Shown here: in pieces, positions 1 to 10,859 of the stretch
Layout: each line of letters opens with the position of its first letter
How positions within the stretch are numbered: the stretch's first letter is position 1
Source: Bigelowiella natans CCMP2755
Taxonomy: Eukaryota > Protista > Cercozoa
Length of the DNA stretch: 64,000 nt
Assembly: GCA_000320545.1 (NCBI GenBank)
Contig: ADNK01001134.1
Location: forward strand, 1-64,000
Reading direction: 5' to 3'
Position numbers and translations under genes: made by a program
The notes under the pieces: generated by a model
What the model was told of the DNA's origin: nothing
What the model saw: the letters and a program-made list of their open reading frames with translations, nothing else
Database searches by the model: none

Positions 1-40
1 CCAGTCGCCGATGCAAGGCGCTTGTAGGTTTCGCTAAATT

Positions 41-2467
41 TTGCCACAGTGTGAAAAATATAACAATTATCAAAGTGCTACTAAATTGCCTATTTTTCCA
101 AAGCGACTTGCGGCAGTGGGTTTGATCAAGGAGGCGAAGACGCACTACCCAGATCCTAAGCGTACGATTGCTATAGACAAGCTAGAGCGTCCAATAAAGG
201 GGAGGCGGTTCTTAAAGCATGTGCGCCGTCTTATTGGTTTATTCATTTATTATTTGGAATACATGAAAGGCTTCTGGCAGATCGCTGCGCCAATCAAGGA
301 TTTGCTTATGCAGGGAGCTGCTCAAGTATGGACGGATAAGCATGATAAAGCTTTGGATACATTAAAAGGCATGCTAAAGAAGGCGGTATTGTATGTGCCT
401 GATTATGAAGCTATATCTATAAGCCAACCCTTCATCCTTGACACTGACGCGTCTGATGTTGCGGGAGGTGCTACGCTTTCCCAGGTAATTGGAGGGAGCG
501 AGCGTTTACTGGCTTGCTACTCGTTCGCTTGGAAAACGAACGAGAGAAGCTGGCATATTGTACGTAAAGAGCTTACGGCTGGGGCGAAGGGGCTTTACAG
601 GTTCCAGCATATTACGAAAGGCTGCCCGATTTTGATTCGCATGGATGCGAAAACGGCTCGTTATTTCGCTCTCCATGGAATGGATAAAATGCAGCTGCCT
701 TATACAAGATTAAGTGCAGCATACTCTGGATATCCGCTGGTGGATATCCAATATAGAAAGGGGGAAAAGCACACTAATGTGGACCCTTTCTCGCGGCCAG
801 ACGCCGACGAAACGCGCGACGAAAGAAAGTCGCATCGTCAGTCGTTGGCCTCTCTTTTCCCGATGCATGCGGAGGCGGCGAAGCAGGAGGAAAAGCTGGT
901 GGAGTCTGTAGCTTCTCTCTCCTCTTGCTTAGCTAATGAGACGATGATTGACTATAATGTCCCTCATCTCTCTGTTTATTCTGTAGAGTTACAGCCTTGG
1001 GCGTGCTGTGCTACAGAGGTCCAGATATCGACGACGCTGTCTAATATTAATTTGGAGCAGCAGCGTCCCGATTTTAAGAAAATTATCGATGCTCTCGAGG
1101 ACGAGAAGAATGCTAATCATCTTCTCGTTTCCTCTAAATATAAAATAGCTTCTGGTAAGCTATATCACATGGGCTCCTTCCAAATTGGAGGAGATATACC
1201 GCTGCAACTCTGTGTACCTTCTGATAAACGACAGGAGGTGTTGCAGGCGTATCATGTGGATAATATGGCGAATCATCGTAATGCTGATGATCTCGCAAAG
1301 AAGATTCTACGCGGCTATTACTGGGTTGGAGTCCAGAAAGCCTGCCGTAGATTTGTAAGGCAGTGTCAGGTCTGCATACGTACTAAAACGCGTATGAAGC
1401 AGGCGCCTTACTTACAGCATGGCGACCGGGAAATTAATGGCACGATTGCAGTGGATACAATCGGCCCTGTCGACGGCGCTAAGCATTACATACAGACGCT
1501 CTGCGTTATGGCTATTGGTTATATATATACAAGGGCGGTGAAGCGTATTAGCTCAGCGCGTACGGCGGATTTTATCATGTCGTATATACTAAAACACGGA
1601 TGCCCAAAGCAAATTATTATTGACCAAGGGCCAGAGAACGTGGGTAAAATTATGCAGCATTTACAAAATCGGCTGCGGCTTAAATTTATCAAGATATCTG
1701 CTAAAAATAGCCAGGGAAACTCAGTATTAGAGCGGAAGCATCGACCTATTAATAATGGGATTATGGCGATGCTCCTGCAAAATGTTGAGGATCGGCACAA
1801 CTGGCATAAATATTTGGAGATGATAACATTTAGTGTGAATACCACAATCGATAAGTGTGGTTATTCACCGGCTCACCTCATGTTCGGATATCAGCCAAAG
1901 TTCGTGGCTGATATGGAGAGCAAGTCGGTGGCGGCTCCAGGGACCGGGGACCTCGATAAGAGGATCCAAGATCTGGAAAAGATGCGGCTGTTGTATGCTA
2001 CTATGAAAGAGGATTATAAATTAGTGAAAAATTTCACGAGGAACGAGAAGCTTAATACTCAAGACGAATATAAAGTAGGGGATATGGTGTGGCTTTTCCG
2101 CAAGGAAAATCGTAAAGAAAATGCTGTTACGAAAAAATATGAAATTAAAAAGACTGGCCCTGTGACTATCGTGGCCAGGAGTAGCAGATCCCATACCTAT
2201 CAAATTATTGACCCGAAAACGGGGTATAATAATAATGTACACGCGAAATATCTTTCGCCTTATGGTACATTTACCCCGTTACCAGAAGTGCGCCCGGTAG
2301 CTCCAGATGTAGAGGAGAAATTTGCTGCCGACGAGAATGAGGCTTCGGATGGTTCCTCAGACTCGTCGGATTCCCAGGGGCCTTCTGGTAACCGAATTTC
2401 GCGGGATAACATCGTCCGGGGTAAACGTAATAGGAGACCGGCGGATATAGGTCCGTATATTTCGTAG
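41..2467 (+). CDS. pol: Gypsy Pol fragment: RT C-terminal part, RNase H, integrase
   Basis: RNase H ILDTDASDVAGGATLSQ; HHCC finger (H..H..YYW..CQVC); catalytic VDTIGP / IIDQGPE / NSVLE with D(35)E spacing; GPY/F-like KKTGPVTIV. The RT frame appears to continue upstream through a 1-nt frameshift near position 40. Confidence 0.93.
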   Translation: MPQCEKYNNYQSATKLPIFPKRLAAVGLIKEAKTHYPDPKRTIAIDKLERPIKGRRFLKHVRRLIGLFIYYLEYMKGFWQIAAPIKDLLMQGAAQVWTDKHDKALDTLKGMLKKAVLYVPDYEAISISQPFILDTDASDVAGGATLSQVIGGSERLLACYSFAWKTNERSWHIVRKELTAGAKGLYRFQHITKGCPILIRMDAKTARYFALHGMDKMQLPYTRLSAAYSGYPLVDIQYRKGEKHTNVDPFSRPDADETRDERKSHRQSLASLFPMHAEAAKQEEKLVESVASLSSCLANETMIDYNVPHLSVYSVELQPWACCATEVQISTTLSNINLEQQRPDFKKIIDALEDEKNANHLLVSSKYKIASGKLYHMGSFQIGGDIPLQLCVPSDKRQEVLQAYHVDNMANHRNADDLAKKILRGYYWVGVQKACRRFVRQCQVCIRTKTRMKQAPYLQHGDREINGTIAVDTIGPVDGAKHYIQTLCVMAIGYIYTRAVKRISSARTADFIMSYILKHGCPKQIIIDQGPENVGKIMQHLQNRLRLKFIKISAKNSQGNSVLERKHRPINNGIMAMLLQNVEDRHNWHKYLEMITFSVNTTIDKCGYSPAHLMFGYQPKFVADMESKSVAAPGTGDLDKRIQDLEKMRLLYATMKEDYKLVKNFTRNEKLNTQDEYKVGDMVWLFRKENRKENAVTKKYEIKKTGPVTIVARSSRSHTYQIIDPKTGYNNNVHAKYLSPYGTFTPLPEVRPVAPDVEEKFAADENEASDGSSDSSDSQGPSGNRISRDNIVRGKRNRRPADIGPYIS

Positions 2468-2639
2468 ATTTTGTATTTTCGCAAATATATGCTACTGTAT
2501 AAATAAATTGGTGGCGGTGCAGTTGGTGCAAAATTTTTCTTTTCTTCCCTTTTCTTCTAATTTTCTTCTAGCACGCGTGATCCTACTCATATGTTGTTAT
2601 TATTGAGTTAGGGGTGCAAAAATTGGGGGGGGGGGGTAG

Positions 2640-3250
2640 TGTGGTCAGTTTGCGACCACCAAATGCATGTAAGCGCGCATGTACATGCATAGCATAAATG
2701 GTAGTGCATGCTGTGCTTTATTATATCTTACATTTGCATGTGAGCATGTTTATATAGGTTCAGGCTATCGTTCCTGTGCCTTAGTTAGTCATATAGGGGC
2801 ATGTAACGTGAGTTACATGCCCGGAAATACAGTTATAGGAGGGGGCACGTGCAACTGGGAACATCCTTCTCGGTTGTTTCCCCAACCGTGGATGTTCCTA
2901 GGAGCACCCTCGGTATTTTACTTACGACATGGAGTCGGCCTACGTATTGTAATATTATAGGGGAAAATGGCCTACATTTTCCCTAATATTTTGGGCAACT
3001 GCTGCTGCGTAGCATGTTGCTGCTGGGGACGCTGTGTGCCCAGCACATGATGTGTATTGGCGCGCAACGCGCTAGTTTAGCACACTCTAAAAGACCCGCA
3101 AGCAAGCGGTAAGCTTTCTCCTTTGGTAGTTTGCTCATGCATGCTCATGTCATGTTATCTATTCAACAGGGTTTTAGTTTTGTGGATTTAAAGCATTGTA
3201 AAAGCATACATTGCACAGTTGTGTTGTTAGCGCTGCGCAATACAACTACA
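2640..3250 (+). repeat. Putative 3' LTR (about 611 bp) of the first Gypsy element
   Basis: Starts TGTGGTCA 3 nt after the PPT and ends CAACTACA. Homology with the adjacent older copy stops at the equivalent CA. The matching 5' LTR is outside the window. Confidence 0.6.
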
Positions 3251-3688
3251 GTTGCATGCCCAGAAACGTTGATCATGGGAGGGGCACGTGCAGCGGAAAA
3301 CATCCATCTCGGTTGGCAAACCGTGGATGTTTTCCAGGGGCATCCTCGGTGTTTCACTTGTGACAAGGAGTCGGCCCACGTGGTGCAACACTTTGGGGAA
3401 AAATGGCGGGGATTTTTCCCGAATTTTTGGGCAACTGTGACACGCAGCATGCTGCTGACAGGGATGCTGTGTGTCCAGCGCACGATGTGCATTGGCGCGC
3501 AAGCAGCTGGTTCAGCATGCTCTGAACGACCCGCAAGCAAGCGGCAAGCTTTCTCCTTTTGTGGTTTGCTCATGCATGATCAGCTCATGTCGTGTGTTCA
3601 ACAGGGCATTGGTGTTGTGGATTTGAGCATTGCCAAAGTTCACACAAGCACGGTTGTGTTGCGGCAAGCGCTGCGCAATGCAACTGCA
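3251..3688 (+). repeat. Older related LTR remnant, TpA-free
   Basis: Aligns to 2812-3250 (gttgcatgccc vs gttacatgccc ... caatgcaactgca vs caatacaactaca), with indels and with TA replaced mostly by TG/CA. Confidence 0.75.
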
Positions 3689-3975
3689 ATTCTGGCATTT
3701 GCCATTGTTGACCACGTCTGGACGTGTGCATGTGCACAACCAGCAGAAACATGGTGACACTCTGGGTGCACCAGCGTGCAATGCGACACCACACCAATTG
3801 ACGCTTTGAAATTTTCGAACGTGGTGAGAAACAACGCTCGAGCAAGTTTCAGGGCGTGCGCGCACGCACTTCCTGCTCTGCGTGCGGCTTTGCGTGCACT
3901 TTCCAACCCTCGGATTCAGGGAATGCAAAGTGTGAACCTCACGCTGTTTTGGACAAAACGACTCGATCGCACAAC

Positions 3976-4337
3976 GGTGTTTGAGCGCATTGGAAGCCAC
4001 CAGAAGCTCGTCAGCAGAGTCCATCAGAGTGCGTTCGCAATGCATGGCAATGTTTTTTTGTGGTTTTCCAAGCTTTTGTTTTTCATGAAACTTGTCGTGG
4101 TGCGGCCGCCGTGCTAGCATGCTCTCGCAGAGCCGACATGTTGCAAGTTTCTGCTGGTTGTGAAGGTGTTTGAGCGCACTGGAAGCCATGCACCAGGAGC
4201 TCGTCAGAGTCCACCGGAGTGCACACGCAATGCACGGAATGTTTTTTTGTGGTTTTCCAAGCTTTTTGATGAAGTTCAGTGCGGCCACCATGCTCGCAAA
4301 CCAGGCAAAGCCGATGTTGCAAGTTTCTGCTGGTTGT
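3976..4337. repeat. Diverged tandem duplication, unit about 175-190 bp
   Basis: ggtgtttgagcgca..ggaagcca...gtttttttgtggttttccaagctttt...gttgcaagtttctgctggttgt occurs twice. Confidence 0.8.
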
Positions 4338-4764
4338 TCACACGCACTAGACGCACAGCAAGACAGGTCTAGCTAGCTAGACTAGCAAATGCTGCAGCGG
4401 GATGCAATGCGGCATGACTTTTGACTCGTTGTCTAGCCAGCTAGTCAGCAGACACAAATTCACGATCATCTCGCATCAATTGCAGTTTGGGTTGCAAAAT
4501 GCCAATGATGCTGATGGGGATCTTCAAGATCCCCATCGTCGCTGCGCCAATTGATGAATTGATGAAAGCATCGAGTGAACATCGAACGCCGTGCATGTAC
4601 ACATTGCTCCATCGCGCGTGAAGATCTAATAGCACACAGCCATATTACCTTAAATATATAAAAAACTTAGTAGATATGTTAACTTATTCGTGTCTGGTGC
4701 ACCGATATATTAAAACTTATTTGTATGACTTTATAGCTCCGTAAAGGAAGAAATATGTCGCTTA

Positions 4765-5563
4765 TTAGAGCTCATCTTTGCCTTCTGCTGCCCCCTTTGC
4801 CATCTGTTTGAAAATGTTTAGACGCTGAACGAGCCATGTTTTTAATTCTGGCTTCATCTTCTTGCTTTTCATTTTTTCTAATCGAGCGATCTGCCCGTTG
4901 ACATATTCAGCATCTTTTTCCTTCATCTTTTCGATAAATCCTTGCTCCTTCTCGGAGCAGCCCTCAGTGGGATTTGTGATATCGCACTTTGCCTGTGATC
5001 ATTATAAACAATGCTGTGAGCAAATGGTGGTGATGCGAAGTGATGATGGTATAAATGATGATGATTGGCATTTGATGATGCATGAAAAAAAAGCTAATCA
5101 ATCAATCAATCAATCCACATGATCTCCGCTAATATATCTACTACAAAAGCCCCTATCAATGATGGACGGTAACGACATATCAATGATGGACGGTAAACGA
5201 CAAGCGACAACATTCCTTCCGTCGCCTACTACTACTAACCGTACTACTACCGCTACTAACTAACCAAAACTACTTTCACCAATACTGAATCAAATCAAAA
5301 AGCTACTTACTACTACCTCAAGCTTATCTTTTACGAACTTTTCGAGCGCATCGTACGATCGAGCTTGTTGGTAAGACTCTCCTTTCTCGCCGGTTTCGTC
5401 GGTGAAGTATTTAACCGTTGGGTACCCACTAACATCTGATTGTATTTAGGCGATGAGCTACATCAGGTCATACTACTTCTCAGAAAACGCTATTGTTGAT
5501 GGGTTTGTTGTGTTGCTCCATCCGATTTTTAGGCTGCTTTTAACATATCCGAACAAGCGCGCG

Positions 5564-5641
<78 letters not shown>

Positions 5642-5788
5642 TGGGGCGGATATTATCCACCGTTGGCGCCGCAGATTTTCTCGTTGACAGTGCAGTCTAC
5701 ATCAGCGATAATGACCGAGCTGGAGTCCTTAAACGCTTCCCTGAGAGGATGAAAGAATATTAGCTTGAAATTATGCCTAATATCTTCT

Positions 5789-5826
<38 letters not shown>

Positions 5827-6040
5827 GATAAGTGGTTGTAGGATGGAAGTCGTACCCAAGCTTGTCCCAGTCTGGCTTCATTCGCTTGCAATGACCACAC
5901 CAAGGTGCGAAGAACTTTACGAACACGTTCTTGCCGCTGTTCTTAATCGTGTCTTCGAAGTTGTCATCTGTAAGGTCGGTGACAGCCTGGGCTCCATTGA
6001 GAGAAAATAAGAATAGCAGGGAGAGGGCAATTCCAGACAT
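4765..6040 (-). CDS. ER protein disulfide isomerase-like (single thioredoxin domain plus helical C-terminal domain), 4 exons
   Basis: Signal peptide, [12 protein letters not shown] active site, [12 protein letters not shown]-terminal KDEL followed by stop. Confidence 0.92.
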
Positions 6041-6385
6041 TGGAGGATGTGGTTGTGTTATGATGATGGAATGGAAGAAGATTCGCTTGCTACGCGATTG
6101 CGTGATTTGTGGTGCGGCTTACGTGTGCTGCTGCTGGCTGACACTGACCGACTAATGTCAGGAGAACACAACAAAGAATTATCACAAGAGACCCTCGAGA
6201 GATACACCAACATTTCGAATTCTTTTGGAGAGTCTCGAGGAATTTTCGACACTTCTCCCTTACTTGTCCCACTATTTTCGCATTTAAACTCAGCAGCCTC
6301 CTCGGGATGGCGGCGAAATAACGTGCTGCAAACGAAGAAGACTATCCGCGGAATACTTTTGACTTCCTTATTTACCACGTCTAAT

Positions 6386-6511
6386 ATGTCTCAAAGACCA
6401 CAAGATGAAAAGAATGTTACACACAGCGTTCTTAAGGAGCAGAACGAGCTTAGAATTGAAGCCAAGGGCGAGATAGTTCTCACGGTATGTGTTTGTGTTT
6501 GTGTTTGTGTT

Positions 6512-6551
<40 letters not shown>

Positions 6552-8451
6552 ACTGCTTCACTTTGTCCTCAGATGACTAAGGGGAATGGAGAAATTTTTG
6601 GGCAGTTATTAGTTAAGAACAAGCCATACACCATTACAAATTCGAAAATCGCTGTATTTACATGGACAGGATGCGAAGTTACAATCAAGGGAAAATGGTA
6701 TACTCTTGAATTTCTACATGAACATCCTTCCTCTCTTCATTTTTATCACGCTCTAATAAGAATGTGTTGTATCTCTTATCCTCCTCCTCTTACTACTACT
6801 ATTTAGACGTAGAATCTGTGATGATGTGCTCCTAAATACTACTACGTATATTATTACAGCGAGTGGTACTGTATTTCTACTGATAAATATATGTACTTTC
6901 TGTGATCAACTACATATCATATGCATGTATATATCACAGCGAGTCCGTGTACGTTTCAGAAGAAACACCAATGGTAAGCTATATCAACACACATGCAGCC
7001 CTCAATAGAATGCGAAACGATGCCAAAGCAAAGGTAGTAGTTGTTTTTTCCAACAAGCACGACAACCACCTTTTAGTGCGGTAGTAGTTGTTTTTCCAAC
7101 AAGCACGACAACCACCTTTTAGTGCGGTAGTATACGTTCTCCTGCCTAGTTTTCATTTTCTACTAAATGCACACTTATCCATATGAATGTATACAACCAC
7201 CTCTCCGTATGCAATCACGACTACAAGTATCACTTGGTTATTATCATACTCCACACACACACACACACACATGTACCGGCTACTAACTACGAGTATTACT
7301 TCTATCTCAAGGGTAACAAGAAGTATGGTCCAGTGGTCGTTATAGCTGGTCCAAAAGATTCTGGAAAATCTACTCTAGCAAGAATTCTTCTCAGCTATGC
7401 TGTAAGTTGCAGCACTTGATGATCATGATTATTATTCTTGCTGATCATGATTATTACTATTATTATGGTAACAACGACGTTGATGATCATGGTCTCCATT
7501 CTTAAAAGTGATTGGATCAAGCCAGTGCATGCATGCATGCATCATCATCATCATCATCATCATCACGACACAGCAGAGTTAGCTACAATACCTGCGTGCC
7601 TTGCTGGAGCTGCTGCGTATCAACCATTAGGTACGATGTGATTGGAAGCCAGCGTTTGTCGATCTCGATGTTGGTCAGAATGAGATAACAATGCCAGGCT
7701 GTATTGCTGCAACTCCAGTTGACGAACAAGGTAGTAGTAATAATAATGTCAGTTGATGAACAAGGCAATAATAATAATAATGATGAGGTGGAAAAGTTGG
7801 AAGAAGAAGGTGGAGGCTAGAGCAAAAATAAGGCGATAAAATAGAAACATTCGCGTGCCATTAACTCCATGCCTCCTTCTCCTCCTGTTGTTATTGTCGT
7901 TGTCGTAATAGTAATAACATGTATATGGGAAGAGTGAAAACCAATGATAACAGTATCTGATCAGTTACTATTACTACTACACTTGGTATAATGGTTAAGA
8001 GCTTATCAAAATCAGACATCCTCATCATTATCAATAAACATATTTATACATTTAGTTGGGATTCAATCCAAGTGGAGTGCGCCTTTGGTTTACTACTATG
8101 GCCACACATCACCAGCCAAAAACAAAGTAGTAATTTCGTACTAGCATGTTGTTATGAACGAATGATGACAAGCCATGCTGCTAATGCTGCAAACTTGTAG
8201 CCATCAATACGATAATGATGATGATAATGATGATAATAATGGGTCGTCATAATCTGCTGCTGCAGGTTAGAACGAAAGTAACAATTGCAGTAGTTATGAA
8301 GAAAGAAAATAGTTACTAGCGACGTTAGCAATCAAGAGTATGCAACAAATTAGGAAATCTACACTCGAATATGTGCCAAATTGGCGGACGCAGTTCAGAA
8401 GAGGTGTCAGCGTAATGCTAGTGCAAGGTAATAATCTAACAGCACCCAGTG

Positions 8452-8485
<34 letters not shown>

Positions 8486-8798
8486 GATTAGTAGTAGTAC
8501 GAGTAGGAGGAGTAGGAGGAGTAGTAGCAACAGTAGGTGGTTGTACAGATGGAGGAGTAGGAGGAGTAGTAGCAACAGTAGGTGGTTGTACAGATGGAGG
8601 AGTAGGAGGAATGGTAGCAGCAGTAGGTGGTTCTACAGATGGAGGAGAAGGAGGAATGGTAGCAGCAGTAGGTGGTTCTACAGATGATGAGTCCATAAAT
8701 GGTGATGGATGGATGGATGGATGGCTGAATGGACGATGAGATATGAAAAACAACATTTCATAGAATGTAGTCACATATTTGATTTGTCTCTTCTTCTT

Positions 8799-8829
<31 letters not shown>

Positions 8830-10510
8830 AGGCACTCCGGAGTGATTATAAACACGAGTGGATGGATTGATGGGGTGGGGCAAGAACTGCTCCTTCGAAT
8901 AGCTAAGGTAGTAGTAGTAGTAGTAGTAGTAGTAGTATCAAGTACGAATATTAGGAGTAGGAGGAGGAGGAGGAGGTACAATGAGAAGGAGGAGGAGGAG
9001 GAGGAGGAGGAGGACATCCAACAGACTTAATAAATAATAAAATTGATTGTAAACAAGTATTACACTGATCATTACAACAGAGTTTCAAGGCAGACGTTGT
9101 GTTGGTTATCGATCATGAAAAGCTTCTAAGTGATCTTAAGAACAGCGAGGAGATGAAGGAGATGGGGACTACAGTGATCAAGTTAGATAAGTCTGGTGGC
9201 GTTGTGTCTCGTAATGCTGATCGAAGGTCGGATCTCAGGGCGGCTAGGATACGATCTTACTTTTATGGCAGGTGGTTGGTTGTTTGTAGAGTCATCACTA
9301 ACAACATATAAACATTTTGCAATGATGAGATCGACCCAGGATGAACAAGTAGACAACAGCAGATTGACTGATTCACCAATGATATCGTGTTAAATTCAAA
9401 GGGGGGGAAAACACCCAATTTTACGCAAAGCACACAAACACGCACAAACACATATATATATTGTATGTGTATGTGTATGTGTATGTGTGTGTGCTCATAT
9501 ACATAATATACACATACGCGCCAATGTAAATTGGCAACCCAGAGATGATCATTTAACACCACTCTTGCTATTATTATTCGACACGACCGCCTCGACATCA
9601 ATATAGATCATTTAACACTCTTGCTATTATTCGACACGACCGCCTCGACATCAATATACTACTCCTATTATTCGACACGACCGCCTCGACATCAATATAC
9701 TCCTCCTCCTCCTCAAAACGACGACGACGACATTTATCGTATTATAACATTATGAGTAGTCTCATTGTTTGTTTTATTACCTTGTTTATGACGTTCACCA
9801 ACATAGCATAAATAATAAGCTTTCCCCGCACGAGAAGGTAATTGTGACAAGAGGTGTTGGTGAGGAAGAGGATGATGATGATGATGATGACAGTAGTAGT
9901 GGAGGTGATGACAATATGAGGAAGATGATGGTTATATTATTGTTTGACACTCTGATGTCATGCATGTATGGCAAATGATGGTTATATTATTGTTTGACAC
10001 TCTGATGTCATGCATGTATGGCAAAACCGCAGGTGATCTCATTCAAAGACGTGTTAGTGTATAGGATGGGGGGTGCCACGCGTGCGCCTGCATCCACCCT
10101 GCCACTTGGTCAGAAGCCAATGTTAGATCCGAACAGAGTCATGAAGATTGGCATTACAGAGCGGTTGAAGAACACCGTACTGGCTGTTTCTTTTGCCAAA
10201 AAACCAGAGGAAATCCTCGAGATCAACATTGCTGGCTTAATATATGTCAAGGTATTATGTAGAAGTGCTAAGTAATCTTTGGGCGAAGAAGTAACTGAGG
10301 AGAGAAAAAAAAGACTGAACAAAGCCTCATAAATCAGCACCTTACTTAACTATCGAATCCAAATTTGAACTTATGCATAACTGATCATCCCACCACTTGT
10401 GTTAGGACGTTGACACCAAGAAACAGAAACTGACGATCTTAGCACCTTCAGCTGGCAATTTGCCACACAGCTTTCTCCTTCTGGGAAGTATCCAATGGTA
10501 TGATTCCTAA
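6386..10510 (+). CDS. CLP1: Polyribonucleotide 5'-hydroxyl kinase / cleavage factor Clp1, multi-exon
   Basis: GEIFG..IAVFTWTGC, Walker A GPKDSGKST, DLDVGQNEITMPGCIAA, PLVYYYGHTSP, GVIINTSGWIDGVG, KSGGVV, ends GSIQWYDS*. Confidence 0.93.
8500..8686. repeat. Intronic 45-bp minisatellite, about 4 copies
   Basis: Unit like gtaggaggagtagtagcaacagtaggtggttgtacagatggagga repeated with small variants. Confidence 0.85.
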
Positions 10511-10859
10511 AATTTGACAGTGGGATTGTCCAGAAGCTTGAGCATGAACACGTTTCCATTTAAGAATGTATTTCTACGATTGCACGTAAGGTATTTGTTG
10601 CTGTCGCTGCCCTGGCCAGCTACCTGCCACTTGCCACCTGCCACCTGCGCGCGTTGCGCCTGCTCAGTCGAGCTGCACCGGCAACATTATAGACACGTAA
10701 TATCATATATATATTATATATGCTATTACTTATTATAGACACGTAATATCATATATATATTATATATGCTATTACTTTGTCTATTATCAACTTCTTTCAA
10801 CGTTTCATTGTTGCTGTAGCCACAAAGCTAGAAAGCATGATGTAGTAGATGCTAGCATA

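Larger units (their letters stand above)
1..3250 (+). mobile_element. Ty3/Gypsy LTR retrotransposon, 3' part (5' end outside window)
   Basis: Pol ORF in RT-RNaseH-integrase order, G12 polypurine tract at 2625-2636, then a putative 3' LTR from TG at 2640 to CA at 3250. Confidence 0.9.
3251..4596. other. TpA-depleted, CTAG-retaining intergenic domain
   Basis: Manual scan found no TA from about 3250 to 4114 and only 8 TA up to 4596, all inside CTAG. CpG is abundant. Confidence 0.9.

Noticed and set aside
2640-3716. Alternative 1077-bp LTR ending at tgaccacg (near-inverted match to tgtggtca)
   Set aside because: It does not end in CA, and homology between the two units stops at 3250/3688, favouring a shorter LTR plus an older remnant; not fully excluded without the 5' LTR.
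3131-4376. Cluster of overlapping Cys/His/Ala-rich ORFs up to 259 aa (similar clusters at 15.8-16.7 and 53.8-54.3 kb)
   Set aside because: Artefact of TpA loss: TAA/TAG stops and Tyr codons are nearly absent, so frames stay open on both strands; no domain motifs.
4346-4537. CTAG plus hairpin as Helitron termini
   Set aside because: CTAGs are scattered through all such tracts, the hairpin is not at the expected short distance from a terminal CTRR, and no Rep/helicase remnant is seen.
3251-4596. CpG-methylation decay or classical RIP as the cause of the TG/CA excess
   Set aside because: CpG remains abundant, and RIP would raise TA and put stops in the TE ORFs, whereas TA is missing and the Pol ORFs are open.
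8294-9030. Low-complexity ORFs (poly-[15 protein letters not shown]) here and across the window
   Set aside because: Translations of intronic microsatellites.
9550-9700. Short direct repeats resembling a CRISPR array (also 10686-10775, 28289-28372, 38807-38925)
   Set aside because: Only 2-3 copies, no regular unique spacers, eukaryotic intronic or intergenic context, no cas genes.
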